Shown here in pieces: positions 1 through 9,396 of a stretch of DNA of 64,000 bases. Below the pieces are notes generated by a model. The model had not been told where the DNA came from, made no database searches, and saw only the letters and a program-made list of their open reading frames with translations. The position numbers were made by a program, and so were the translations under genes. Source of the stretch: an uncultured Actinomycetota bacterium (GTDB lineage: Bacteria > Actinomycetota > Actinomycetes > JAFAQI01); NCBI GenBank assembly GCA_963789615.1, contig CAWBLI010000005.1:1693427-1757426 (forward strand), written 5' to 3'. The stretch's first letter is position 1. Every line of letters starts with the position of its first letter.

Positions 1-199
1 GGTTCTCGAGATCGCCGTCCACGGCAGCGGCGAACCGCCGGAGCAGCCGCGCCCGGTCACCGGGCGCGACGTCACGCCAGGCCGGGAACGCCGCGCGGCC
101 GCGGGCGATCGCGGCGTCGGTCGCTTCTGCGTCGTACAGCTCGACCGTCGTGACGACCTGCTCGTCGGCGGGATTGATGACGTCGTGCATCGAGGGCAT
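1..199 (-). CDS. aldehyde dehydrogenase family protein, N-terminal fragment (continues beyond left edge)
   Basis: Minus-strand reading from ATG at 197-199 gives MPSMHDVINPADEQVVTTVELYDAEATDAAIARGRAAFPAWRDVAPGDRARLLRRFAAAVDGDLEN, a typical ALDH N-terminus. It is absent from the ORF track only because no stop lies in the window. It sits 14 nt downstream of the GS-like gene on the same strand. Confidence 0.7.
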   Translation of the reverse strand, partial: MPSMHDVINPADEQVVTTVELYDAEATDAAIARGRAAFPAWRDVAPGDRARLLRRFAAAVDGDLEN

Positions 200-213
200 G
201 AGAGGTGGCGTCC

Positions 214-1572
214 CTACATCCGTTCGAATCCGCGGATCCGCTCCCAGTCGGTGACCGTGCCGTTGAACGCGGCCAGCTCGACCCGGGCGGTGTTGAGGTA
301 GTGGTCGACGACGGCGTCGCCAAGCGACTCGCGAGCAAGCGCGCTGCCGGCCAGCAGGTCGGCGGCCTCCTGCAGGGTGGTGGGCACCCGCTCGGCGTCG
401 GCGACGTAAGCATTGCCCCCGAACGCCTCCGGCAGCGGCAGCTCGTGCTCGATGCCGTAGAGGCCGGCGGCGATCATCGCGGCCACCGCGAGATAGGGGT
501 TGACGTCGCCGCCGGGCACCCGGTTCTCGAACCGCAGCGACGAGCCCTGGCCGACCACGCGCATCGAGCAGGTGCGGTTGTCGATGCCCCACATGACGGC
601 GGTCGGCGCGAACGACCCGGCCTGGAACCGCTTGTAGGAGTTGATGTTCGGCGCGAAGAACGCGCTCAGCTCCCGCAGCCCGGCGAGCTGCCCGGCCAGG
701 AAGTGCTCGAAGACCTCGGAGACTCCGTGCTTGCGGTCACCAGCGAAGACCGGTACGCCGTCCTCGTCGCGCAGCGACAGGTGGATGTGGCAGGAGTTGC
801 CCTCACGCTCGTTGTACTTCGCCATGAAGGTCAGCGCGGAGCCGTGCTGCGCCGCGATCTCCTTGGCGCCGTTCTTGTAGATGGAGTGGTTGTCGCACGT
901 CCGCAACGCTTCGTCGAACTTGAACGCGATCTCGTGCTGGCCGAGGTTGCACTCGCCCTTGGCCGACTCGACCTGCAGCCCCGAGTCGCGCATTCCGAGA
1001 CGGATCGCGCGCAGCAGCGGCTCGACCCGGGCGGTGCCGAGCACGGAGTAGTCGACGTTGTACTGGTTGGACGGGATCAGGTCGCGATAGCCCTTCGACC
1101 AGGCCTGCTCGTAGGTGTCGTCGAAGAGGATGAACTCCAGCTCGGTGCCGACGTAGGCCTTCCAGCCGCGCTCGGCGAGCCGGTCGAGCTGGCGCTGCAG
1201 GACCTGACGCGGCGACTCGACGACGGGTGAGCCGTCCAGCCACAGCACGTCGGCCAGCACCATCGCCGAGCCGGGCAGCCACGGGATCCGCCGCATCGTG
1301 GCGAAGTCCGGCACCATCACGAGGTCGCCGTAGCCGCGCTCCCACGAGGAGATGGTGTAGCCGTCGACGGTGTTCATCTCGATGTCGACCGCGAGCAGGT
1401 AGTTGCAGCCTTCGCTGCCGTGCTCGAGAACTTCGTCGACGAAGTACTCCGCGTCGAGCCGCTTGCCCTGCAGCCGGCCTTGCAGGTCGACGAGGGCCAG
1501 GACCACCGTGTCGATCGACCCGTTGTCGACGTCGAGACGGAGCTCCTCGATCGTCAGTGGTGCAGCGGGCAT
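214..1572 (-). CDS. glutamine synthetase family protein, gamma-glutamyl-amine synthetase type (GlnA4/PuuA-like)
   Basis: 452 aa ORF with GS catalytic-domain motifs (GTELEFILF, NSCHIHLSL, NSYKRF, RFENRVPGGDVNPYL). It is flanked by GntR, an amidotransferase-like hydrolase and an ALDH, as in the Streptomyces glnA4 (gamma-glutamylethanolamide synthetase) and E. coli puu loci. Confidence 0.85.
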   Translation of the reverse strand: MPAAPLTIEELRLDVDNGSIDTVVLALVDLQGRLQGKRLDAEYFVDEVLEHGSEGCNYLLAVDIEMNTVDGYTISSWERGYGDLVMVPDFATMRRIPWLPGSAMVLADVLWLDGSPVVESPRQVLQRQLDRLAERGWKAYVGTELEFILFDDTYEQAWSKGYRDLIPSNQYNVDYSVLGTARVEPLLRAIRLGMRDSGLQVESAKGECNLGQHEIAFKFDEALRTCDNHSIYKNGAKEIAAQHGSALTFMAKYNEREGNSCHIHLSLRDEDGVPVFAGDRKHGVSEVFEHFLAGQLAGLRELSAFFAPNINSYKRFQAGSFAPTAVMWGIDNRTCSMRVVGQGSSLRFENRVPGGDVNPYLAVAAMIAAGLYGIEHELPLPEAFGGNAYVADAERVPTTLQEAADLLAGSALARESLGDAVVDHYLNTARVELAAFNGTVTDWERIRGFERM

Positions 1573-1637
1573 TGCGCTCCGATCCCGAGAAGGTCTGCCG
1601 ACCGTACCTCCTGAGCGAGTTCTTCGGTACGACGACG

Positions 1638-2372
1638 TCAGCAGAGCAGGCCGCGCAGCAGCGCGGCGGTGGCGTCGACGTGCTCTTCCATCTCGGCCCG
1701 GGCAAGCTCCGGCTGACCGGCGAGGATCGCCGCGATGATCGCCGCGTGCTGCCGGTCGGAGTGCGCGATGTTGGCGGGGATGACGGGGATGGCGCGCAGC
1801 ATCTCGGTCAGCCGCATCTGCACCTCGGCGACCACCGCGACGACGGCGGCGCTTTCCCCTGCCGCCGCGATCGCCATGTGCAGCCGGGAGTCCGCGAGCC
1901 GCCGCAGCTCGGGGTCGCTGGTGGCGGCGTCGTTCAAGCAGCCGTGCAACGTGGCACGGTCAGCTGCCGACAGGGTCCGGGTCGCCGCGAGCGCTGCCGC
2001 TCCCGGCTCGACAATCCGACGCAGGTCGAGGGCGTCGTTGACGGCAGCCGGCGACGGACGGTCGGTGTGGTCCCGGGTGGCGGGCCGCGAGTCGGTGGGC
2101 GCGACGACGAAGGTTCCCCCGCCGCGACCTCGCCGGGACTCCACCAGGTCCGCGGCACGCAGCGCCTTGATCGCCTCGCGGAGCGTTACCCGCGAGACAC
2201 CCAGCGTGTCGGCCAGCTCGCGTTCGGGAGGGAGCCGGTCGCCACCGGCGAGGACGCCGAGCCGGATGCTCTGGGCCAGCCGCTCGATCGTCACCTCAAA
2301 GGCGTTGCGCACCGGCACCGGCGCGAACACCGACCGGGCCCAGAGCGCCTCGACGTTGCCCGTAGTGGTCAT
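1638..2372 (-). CDS. GntR/FadR family transcriptional regulator
   Basis: N-terminal wHTH (LPPERELADTLGVSRVTLREAIKALRAADLVESRRGRGGGTFV) plus a FadR-type all-helical C-domain. I prefer the ATG at 2372 (MTTTGN), which overlaps the upstream stop as ATGA, over the track start at 2384. Confidence 0.85.
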   Translation of the reverse strand: MTTTGNVEALWARSVFAPVPVRNAFEVTIERLAQSIRLGVLAGGDRLPPERELADTLGVSRVTLREAIKALRAADLVESRRGRGGGTFVVAPTDSRPATRDHTDRPSPAAVNDALDLRRIVEPGAAALAATRTLSAADRATLHGCLNDAATSDPELRRLADSRLHMAIAAAGESAAVVAVVAEVQMRLTEMLRAIPVIPANIAHSDRQHAAIIAAILAGQPELARAEMEEHVDATAALLRGLLC

Positions 2373-3094
2373 GCCGCGGCCCACTCACGGCAGGCCTCGA
2401 CGAAGGCCGCGAACAGCGGTTCGCCGCCGACCACCTCGGGATGCCACTGCACTCCCAGCGTCCAGCGCCCGTCGGCACGCTCGACCGCCTCGATGGTTCC
2501 GTCGTCCGCCCAGCCGCTCGCCACCAGCGCGCGAGGGACCTCGGCGACGGCCTGGTGGTGATAGGTCGCGACCTCGATCCGGTCACCGACGATCGCGGCC
2601 AGCCGGCTGCCCGGCGCGACCTTGACGTCGTGACGGCCGTGTTCTCCGACGACCGGGCAGTGGGCGTCACCGCCGACCAGGTCCGGGAGGTGCTGCACCA
2701 GCCCAGCGCCGTGCGCCACCGCCAGCACCTGCATCCCACGGCAGACGCCCAGGACCGGCATCCCGCGTTGCTCGGCCGCCGACGCCAGGGTGAGCTCCCA
2801 GGCATCGCGGTCCACCCGCCCCGGCCCGGTGCTCGGGTCGCGCTCCGCGCCGTACCGGTCCGGGTCGACGTCGGCACCGCCGGTCAGCAGCAGGCCGTCG
2901 ATTCCCGCGAGCGCGGCCTCGACGACCTCGGCATGGGCGGGGCCGGGCGGCAGCAGCATCGGCACGCCGCCCGCGGCGGTGACGCCGGCCGCGTAGCTGA
3001 CCGGCAGCAGGTCGGCCGGCTCGTGCCACACCCCCCAGGCAGCGATCTCCCGGTACGTCGTCAACCCCACCCGCGGCGGCGGCGCGGTCGTCAC
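2369..3094 (-). CDS. gamma-glutamyl-gamma-aminobutyrate hydrolase family protein (class I glutamine amidotransferase-like, PuuD-like)
   Basis: 241 aa with the nucleophile-elbow motif GVCRGMQVL and a C-terminal WHPE motif typical of peptidase C26/PuuD. The GTG start overlaps the upstream stop (GTGA). Confidence 0.8.
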   Translation of the reverse strand: MTTAPPPRVGLTTYREIAAWGVWHEPADLLPVSYAAGVTAAGGVPMLLPPGPAHAEVVEAALAGIDGLLLTGGADVDPDRYGAERDPSTGPGRVDRDAWELTLASAAEQRGMPVLGVCRGMQVLAVAHGAGLVQHLPDLVGGDAHCPVVGEHGRHDVKVAPGSRLAAIVGDRIEVATYHHQAVAEVPRALVASGWADDGTIEAVERADGRWTLGVQWHPEVVGGEPLFAAFVEACREWAAA

Positions 3095-5560
3095 GTGACG
3101 CCCTTCAACCGCTTGCCGGCGGGATCGAACACCGGCTCGGCGACGACGGTGCCACCGTGCCGCTCACCGAACAGCTCGACGGTCACCGGCGTACCAGGCT
3201 CGGCGTCGCCGATGTCGAGGTAGCCGAAGCCGATCGAGGCTCCGACCGAGTAGCCGTAGCCGCCGGAGGTGATCCGGCCGGTGATCCGGTCGCCGACCCG
3301 GACCGGCTCGCTGCCGAGGACGACCGCGCGCGGATCGTCCATCGTGATCGCACACAGCCGCCGGGCCAGGCCGCGCTCGCGGGCCGCGATCAGCGCGTCA
3401 CGGCCCTCGAAGCCGCCGGGCTTGTCGAGCTTCACGCAGAAGCTGAGCCCCGCCTCGTCGGGCGACGTCTCCGGCGTGATGTCCGAGCCCCAGACCCGGT
3501 AGCTCTTCTCGATCCGCATGCTCTCGATGGCGTGGTAGCCGCCGACCACGAGGTCGTCGTCCTGGCCGGCCTCCCACAGCGAGCGCCACAGCGCCGCGCC
3601 GTACTCGGACGACGCGTAGAGCTCCCAGCCGAGCTCGCCGACGAACGTCACGCGCTGGGCACGGACCGGCACATCTCCGACGGTGATCTGCTGAGCGGTC
3701 ATGAACCGGAAGTCGTCCTCGTCGAGCGAGGTCGGCGTGAGCCGGCCGAGGATGTCGCGCGATCGGGGGCCCCACAGCGCGAAGCAGGCATAGCGCCCGG
3801 TGACGTCGGTGATCCGTACGTCGGCGGCGCGCCGTCTTGCCTGGGTTCGCAGCCACGCCAGGTCGTGGGTACCGTACGCCGTGCCGGTGACGATCTGGAA
3901 CTCGTCGTCATCGGTCCTGGTCACGGTGATGTCGGACATGATCCCGCCGCGCCGGTTGAGCGCCTGGGTGTAGGTCACCGCGCCGACGGCTCGCGCGACC
4001 CGGTTGTCGCACACCCACTCGAGCAGGTCGGCCGCGTCCGGGCCGGTCACCTCGATCATCGCGAACGACGACTCGTCGAACAGCCCGGCGCTCGCCCGGG
4101 TGCCGAGGTGCTCGACACCGACAGCAGGTGAGAACGGGCGAGCCGCCCAGCCGCGCGGGCGCAGCGACTCGTCCCCCCGCGCGATGTTGTGCCGGTAGTA
4201 GTCGACCCGCTCCCAGCCGGCCTTCTCGCCGAAGTGCGCGCCGTGCTCGCGATGCCAGGGGTACGCCGGGCTGGTGCGCAGTGGGCGACCCGAGGTGCGT
4301 TGCAGCCCGGGAAACGCGATGTCGTAGTAGGTCTGGTAGTTCTCCAGGGTCCGGCCGAGGGTGTAGCGCGGCGAGCGGTAGTGCCGCCCGAACCGGTTGA
4401 TGTCCATGTGCCAGACGTCGAAGCTGGGCTCACCCTCGACGATCCACTCCGCCATGACCCGGCCGATGCCGCCCGCGCCCGCGATGCCGTGCGCGCAGAA
4501 GCCGGCGGCGACAAAGAACCCGTCGACGTCGGTCTCGCCCAGGCAGAACTCGTTGTCCGGGGTGAACGCCTCCGGGCCGTTGATGATCCGGCGTACCCCG
4601 ACGTCGGCCATCGCCGGCACTCGGACCGCCGCGTTCGTCGCGATCTCCTCGAACCGCGGCCAGTCCTCCGGCAGCAGCCGCCCGTTGAAGGCCGGGTCTA
4701 TGGCGTCATACGACGTCGACGCTGGCGGTCCACGGTGCCGGGTCACGCTCGTAGCCGCCCATGACCAGGCCGTCGACCTCCTGCCGGTAGTAGACGAGCA
4801 GGTCCGGATCGCGCAGCGTGGGCAACGGCGCGCTGCGCGGCGGCAGGAACGCCTCGGTGACCAGGTACTGGTGCGACATCGGGACCACGGGCACCCGCAC
4901 GCCCGCGAGCCGGCCGATCTCGGCGGCGAACATGCCGCCGCAGTCGACGACGACCTCACACGCCACGTCGCCGCGGTCGGTCCGGACCCCGGCGACCCGC
5001 CCCGCCTCGACATCGATGCCGACCACCCGGGTGTGGGTGCGGATGGTCGCGCCGCCGGCCCGGGCGCGCGCTGCTAGCGCCATGCACAGCTGCGACGGGT
5101 CGAGATATCCGTCCGATTCCAGGTAGGCCGCACCGACCACACCCTCGGTGCTCATCAGCGGGAACCGCTCTGCCGCCTCGGCCGGGGAGATCTCGTGCAG
5201 CGGCAGGCCGTAGGCCCGGGCCCAGCCGATCTGCCGGCGGATCTCCTGCAGCCGATCTGGACTGGAGGCGAGCTTGATGCCGCCGCTCTCGGTCCAGCCG
5301 ACCGGGTTCTCGCCGGCCTGCAGGCTGCGGTAGAGCTCGACGGAGTACATGTTCATCCGGGTCAGCGTGGGATCGGCGCGCAGCTGCCCGACCAGCCCGG
5401 CGGAGTGGAACGTCGACCCGCTGGTGAGCTCGTCCCGGTCGAGGACCAGCACGTCGCGCTCGCCCAGCTCGGTGAGGTGGTAGGCGACGCTGGCTCCGCC
5501 GACACCGCCGCCGATGACGACGATCCGGGCAGCGCTCGGGAGGTCTCGCTCGGCGGTCAC
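3091..5560 (-). pseudogene. FAD-dependent oxidoreductase fused to GcvT-type aminomethyltransferase (dimethylglycine/sarcosine dehydrogenase-like), one frame break as assembled
   Basis: The N-terminal ORF 4706..5560 has the dinucleotide fold (IVVIGGGVGGASVAYHL) and a DAO domain. The C-terminal part of ORF 3091..5013 has a GcvT domain ([38 protein letters not shown]). The two frames join at ~4715-4745 (..GGYERDPAPW / SYDAIDPAFNGRLLPEDW..). Confidence 0.8.
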
Positions 5561-5593
5561 CGCGCCATCATGACGTGCGCCGACCTCACAGAA

Positions 5594-5614
5594 AAGGTCT
5601 TGGCACTAGACCTT
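5594..5614. promoter_or_regulatory. candidate GntR-type operator palindrome AAGGTCT-N7-AGACCTT
   Basis: Perfect 7-bp inverted repeat in the 143-bp divergent intergenic region between the FAD-GcvT operon (start 5560) and the kinase gene. The core GGTCT..AGACC fits the generic GntR t.GT-N-AC.a architecture. Confidence 0.35.
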
Positions 5615-5703
5615 GAACGGATTCGGCCCTACGATTCGCCCACCCCGAGGGCGAGAGCCCGTCGACGCGCCGTCGCGGGCTCACACGGAAGCAGGGAGGG
5701 CGT

Positions 5704-6666
5704 GTGAGCAGTGCACGCGCCGCTGCCCGTCCAGTAGGTGAGATGACGCTCGACGCCGCGATCCCAGCCGTCATCGAAGACGTCGTACGACGGGTGCCCG
5801 AGTTGTCCGACGGGCCGGTTCACGTGTCCCCGCTGCCGGGCGGGCTGACGAACCAGAACTACAAGGTCGTCGCGGCGAGCGGTCGCCAGGCAGTGATCCG
5901 GCTGTCGAGTGCTCAGGGTGCACTGCTCGCGATCGATCGCGATGTCGAGCACGCCAACTCGCTCGCCGCCGCGGCTGCAGGTGTCGCTCCCGCGGTCCTC
6001 GCGTACCTGCCCGACCTCGGTGCGTTGGTCATCGACTGGATCGAGGGCCGGACCCTCGGGGCGGCCGACCTCGACGACGCCGCGACGGTCGCCCGAGTTG
6101 CGGACACCTGCCGGCGGCTGCACGCCGGGCCGCGGTTCGCCGCCGACTTCGACATGGTGGCGCTCCAGCGTCGTTATCTCGACCTCGTCGTGTCCGAGGG
6201 CTATCGGCTGCCAGCGACGTACCTCGACCTGATGCCGCAGATCACGGCGATCGGTGCGGCGCTGCGGGCCCGGCCACTGCCCACCGTGCCCTGCCACAAC
6301 GACCTGCTGCCGGCGAACCTGATGGACGACGGCGAGCGGATCTGGTTCGTTGACTTCGAGTACTCCGGCAACGGCGACCCCTGCTTCGAGCTCGGCAACA
6401 TGTGGAGCGAGACCGAGTTCCCGGCCGACCGGCTCGACGGGATGGTCGAGGCGTACTTCGGTCGGCCCTCGCGCGCGATGGTCGCCCGGGCCCGGCTGTT
6501 CGGGCTGCTGGCGAACTACGGCTGGACGTTGTGGGCGTCCATCCAGACCGCCACCAGTGCGGTGGACTTCGACTTCTGGACCTGGGGGATGGGGAAGTTC
6601 GATCGGGCGGCCGCCGAGCTCGGGGGCCCAGACATGGCGGGGTTGATCAGCGATGTGCAGCAGTGA
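5704..6666 (+). CDS. choline/ethanolamine kinase family phosphotransferase (APH fold)
   Basis: Motifs LPGGLTNQNYKV (nucleotide loop), CHNDLLPANLM (Brenner H-x-D-x4-N) and WFVDFEYSGNGDPCFELGN (choline-kinase motif). An alternative ATG at 5743 is preceded by GGTGAG. Confidence 0.75.
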   Translation: MSSARAAARPVGEMTLDAAIPAVIEDVVRRVPELSDGPVHVSPLPGGLTNQNYKVVAASGRQAVIRLSSAQGALLAIDRDVEHANSLAAAAAGVAPAVLAYLPDLGALVIDWIEGRTLGAADLDDAATVARVADTCRRLHAGPRFAADFDMVALQRRYLDLVVSEGYRLPATYLDLMPQITAIGAALRARPLPTVPCHNDLLPANLMDDGERIWFVDFEYSGNGDPCFELGNMWSETEFPADRLDGMVEAYFGRPSRAMVARARLFGLLANYGWTLWASIQTATSAVDFDFWTWGMGKFDRAAAELGGPDMAGLISDVQQ

Positions 6667-6690
6667 CAACGATCACAAGGGGGACGACCA

Positions 6691-8262
6691 GTGACTGACA
6701 TCACGGGGTTGAGCGCGGACGACCAACGGCTCGCCGAGCTCGGCTACAAGCAGGAGCTGAACCGCTCGTGGTCCGGCTTCTCCAACTTCGCCATCTCGTT
6801 CTCGATCATCTCGATCCTGGCGGGCTGCTTCACCAGCTTCGGGCTCGGCTGGAACAACGGCGGCCCGATGGCGATCTTCTGGGGCTGGCCGATCATCTCG
6901 GCCTTCATCCTTGTCATCGGCTTCTGCATGTCGGAGCTGGTCTCGGCGTTCCCGACCTCGGGCGGGATCTACTGGTGGGCGTCGAAGCTCGGCGGCGCGA
7001 AGGCGGGGTACTACACCGGCTGGCTCAACCTGATCGGGCTGCTCGCCATTGTCGCGTCCGTCGCCTACGGCTGCGCGACGTTCTTCGACCTGACGCTCTC
7101 GACGTTCAGCAGCTCGTGGGCTAGTCACTACTCGCTGGACCGGGTCTTCATCGAGTTCATCGTCGTCCTGGTGCTGGCGTCGGTCATCAACATCTTCTCG
7201 AGCCACCTGCTCGCGGTTCTCAACAATGTGTCGGTCTGGTGGCACGTCTTCGGTGCCGCCGCCGTCATCCTCATCCTGTTCCTCGTCCCGGGCCACCACG
7301 CCAGCCTCCACACGGTCGCCACGACCCGGGTGAACAACACCGGCCTGTTCGGCGGCAAGACCACGGGTGCCGGCTTCATCCTCTATGTGCTGCCGCTGGC
7401 GGCAATCCTCACGCAGTACACGATCACCGGGTACGACGCCTCGGCGCACCTGTCCGAGGAGACGAAGAGCGCGGCCGACAGCGCCGCGAAGGGCATCTGG
7501 CGGTCGATCTTCTACTCGGCGGTCGGTGGCTGGATCCTGCTGCTGTCGTTCCTGTTCGCCGTCCAGAGCGTCAGCGGCGTCACGACCGGTGGCGGTGCGG
7601 TCAACACGATCTTCAGCCAGGCACTGGGCACCAACTGGCACGGCACCGTGCTCATCATCTCCACGTCCGGGCAGTTCTTCTGCACCGTGGCGTGTATGAC
7701 CAGCACGACCCGAATGCTGTTCGCGTTCAGCCGCGACGGAGCGGTGCCCGGCGGCAAGTACTGGCGGACACTGTCTGCCAGCCGGGTACCGATCTACGGC
7801 GTCATCCTCTCGGCGGTCATCGCGGTCATCCTCACGCTGCCCGCGCTGGTGAAGGTCGACATCGGTGGGGCACCGGTGCCCGTCGCTTTCTTCGCGGTCG
7901 TCTCGATCGGTGTCGTCGGCCTGTACCTCGCCTTCGCGATCCCGATCTACTACCGCTGGAAGGCGGGCGACAGCTTCGTTACTGGCAACTGGACGCTTGG
8001 CTCGAAGTACAAGTGGATGTGCATCGTGGCGATCGTCGAGATCATCGTCACCTCGATCGTGGCGTTGCTCCCGACATCGATCGGTGGCGTGCCGTGGGAG
8101 ACGGGCTTCGCGTGGAAGTACGTCAACTACACGATCCTCGTCGTACCCGGCGCCTTGATCGTGCTGTGGATCTACTGGCACGCCTCGGTGAAGAACTGGT
8201 TCACCGGGCCGAAGCACACGATCGACCTGCTGCCCGAGCAGGTCGCCGGCGCCACCGAGTAA
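6691..8262 (+). CDS. APC family amino acid/amine permease
   Basis: 523 aa, ~12 predicted TM helices, APC signature region (GFCMSELVSAFPTSGGIYWWA). The RBS AAGGGGGA precedes the GTG start. Confidence 0.85.
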   Translation: MTDITGLSADDQRLAELGYKQELNRSWSGFSNFAISFSIISILAGCFTSFGLGWNNGGPMAIFWGWPIISAFILVIGFCMSELVSAFPTSGGIYWWASKLGGAKAGYYTGWLNLIGLLAIVASVAYGCATFFDLTLSTFSSSWASHYSLDRVFIEFIVVLVLASVINIFSSHLLAVLNNVSVWWHVFGAAAVILILFLVPGHHASLHTVATTRVNNTGLFGGKTTGAGFILYVLPLAAILTQYTITGYDASAHLSEETKSAADSAAKGIWRSIFYSAVGGWILLLSFLFAVQSVSGVTTGGGAVNTIFSQALGTNWHGTVLIISTSGQFFCTVACMTSTTRMLFAFSRDGAVPGGKYWRTLSASRVPIYGVILSAVIAVILTLPALVKVDIGGAPVPVAFFAVVSIGVVGLYLAFAIPIYYRWKAGDSFVTGNWTLGSKYKWMCIVAIVEIIVTSIVALLPTSIGGVPWETGFAWKYVNYTILVVPGALIVLWIYWHASVKNWFTGPKHTIDLLPEQVAGATE

Positions 8263-8269
8263 ATCTCGA

Positions 8270-8317
8270 GTTTGTGCAGACCTAGCCGCCACCCCGTGCG
8301 GCTAGGTCTGCACAAAC
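8270..8317. terminator. bidirectional terminator-like hairpin (20-bp perfect stem, 8-nt loop)
   Basis: GTTTGTGCAGACCTAGCCGC-cacccc gt-GCGGCTAGGTCTGCACAAAC lies between the convergent genes ending at 8262 (+) and 8321 (-). There is no U-tract. Confidence 0.6.
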
Positions 8318-8320
8318 CGA

Positions 8321-9346
8321 TCAGCGGCGGCGGAGCGACACGTCGGTGAGTGACGGCGGCTGGTAGCCGTAGTCACCCATCGCGATGTTCAGCCCGGGCG
8401 GCACGATCTCGTCGATCCGGTCGAGGATGTCGCCGCTGAGCACCACGTCGACGGCGCCCAGCTGGGTCTCGAGCTGGTCCATCGTGCGCGGGCCGATGAT
8501 CGGCGCGGTCACGGCCGGGTGCTGCAACACGAACGCGATCGCCAGGTGCACGAGCGAGATCCCGCTGTCGTCGGCCAGCTGACCGAGGGCATCGGCGGCG
8601 TCGAGCTTGCGTTGGTTCTCGGGTCGCGATAGGTCGTAGCGCTCCGGGAGCATCGCGCTCCGCCGGCTGGTGAGATCGTCGCCACCCTTGCGCCACTTCC
8701 CGGACAGCCAGCCGCCGCCCAGCGGGCTCCATGGGATCACTCCCATGCCGTACCGCTGTGCGGTCGGCAGCATGTCGCGCTCGATCCCCCGGAACAGGAT
8801 CGAGTACGGCGGTTGCTCGCACACGAACCGCTCGCGGCCCCGGCGCTCCGCGACCCACTGGGCCTCGACGATCTCCTGCGCCGGGAACGTGGAGCTTCCG
8901 AGGTAACGGACCTTGCCGCTGCGCACCAGGTCGGTCAGCGCGCCGAGCGTCTCGTCGATGTCGGTGTCCGGGCTGGGCCGGTGGATCTGATACAGGTCGA
9001 TGTAGTCGGTGCCGAGCCGGGCGAGGCTGGCCTCCACCTCGCGGATCAGCCAGCGGCGTGAGTTGCCTTGCTGGTTGGGGTCCTTGCCCATCGCGCCATG
9101 CGCTTTGGTCGCCAGGACGACGTCGTCGCGGCGACCGCCGGCCAGCGCCTTGCCGACGATCTCCTCGGACTCGCCCCCCGAGTAGACGTCGGCCGTGTCG
9201 ATGAAGTTGATGCCGGCGTCCAGTGCCCGATGGATGATCTTCACCGAGTCGTCGTGGTCGGTGTTGCCCCAGGCGCCGAACATCATGGCGCCGAGGCACA
9301 GCGGGCTGACCTGGACACCGGTTCGACCGAGAGTTCGCATCTGCAT
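8321..9346 (-). CDS. aldo/keto reductase
   Basis: 341 aa with the AKR N-terminus MQMRTLGRTGVQVSPLCLGAMMFG and ..GINFIDTADVYSGGESEEIVGKAL. Confidence 0.9.
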   Translation of the reverse strand: MQMRTLGRTGVQVSPLCLGAMMFGAWGNTDHDDSVKIIHRALDAGINFIDTADVYSGGESEEIVGKALAGGRRDDVVLATKAHGAMGKDPNQQGNSRRWLIREVEASLARLGTDYIDLYQIHRPSPDTDIDETLGALTDLVRSGKVRYLGSSTFPAQEIVEAQWVAERRGRERFVCEQPPYSILFRGIERDMLPTAQRYGMGVIPWSPLGGGWLSGKWRKGGDDLTSRRSAMLPERYDLSRPENQRKLDAADALGQLADDSGISLVHLAIAFVLQHPAVTAPIIGPRTMDQLETQLGAVDVVLSGDILDRIDEIVPPGLNIAMGDYGYQPPSLTDVSLRRR

Positions 9347-9396
9347 GACTCAACCCTCTACCCCGGGCGAGCCGCACGCCACCTCGGGGTCAGCGA

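Noticed and set aside
205-1230. 341-aa plus-strand ORF (also 72..413, 803..1705, 1227..2561) overlapping the GS-like gene
   Set aside because: These ORFs are antisense or out of frame relative to a strongly conserved glutamine-synthetase-family ORF. Their Arg/Gly/Pro/Asp-rich, low-complexity translations are typical of spurious frames in ~70% GC DNA.
5629-8292. Long minus-strand ORFs 5629..6669 (346 aa) and 6673..8292 (539 aa)
   Set aside because: They are antisense to the kinase-family and APC-permease genes, have R/D/G/P-rich composition with no motifs, and show no RBS or operon logic.
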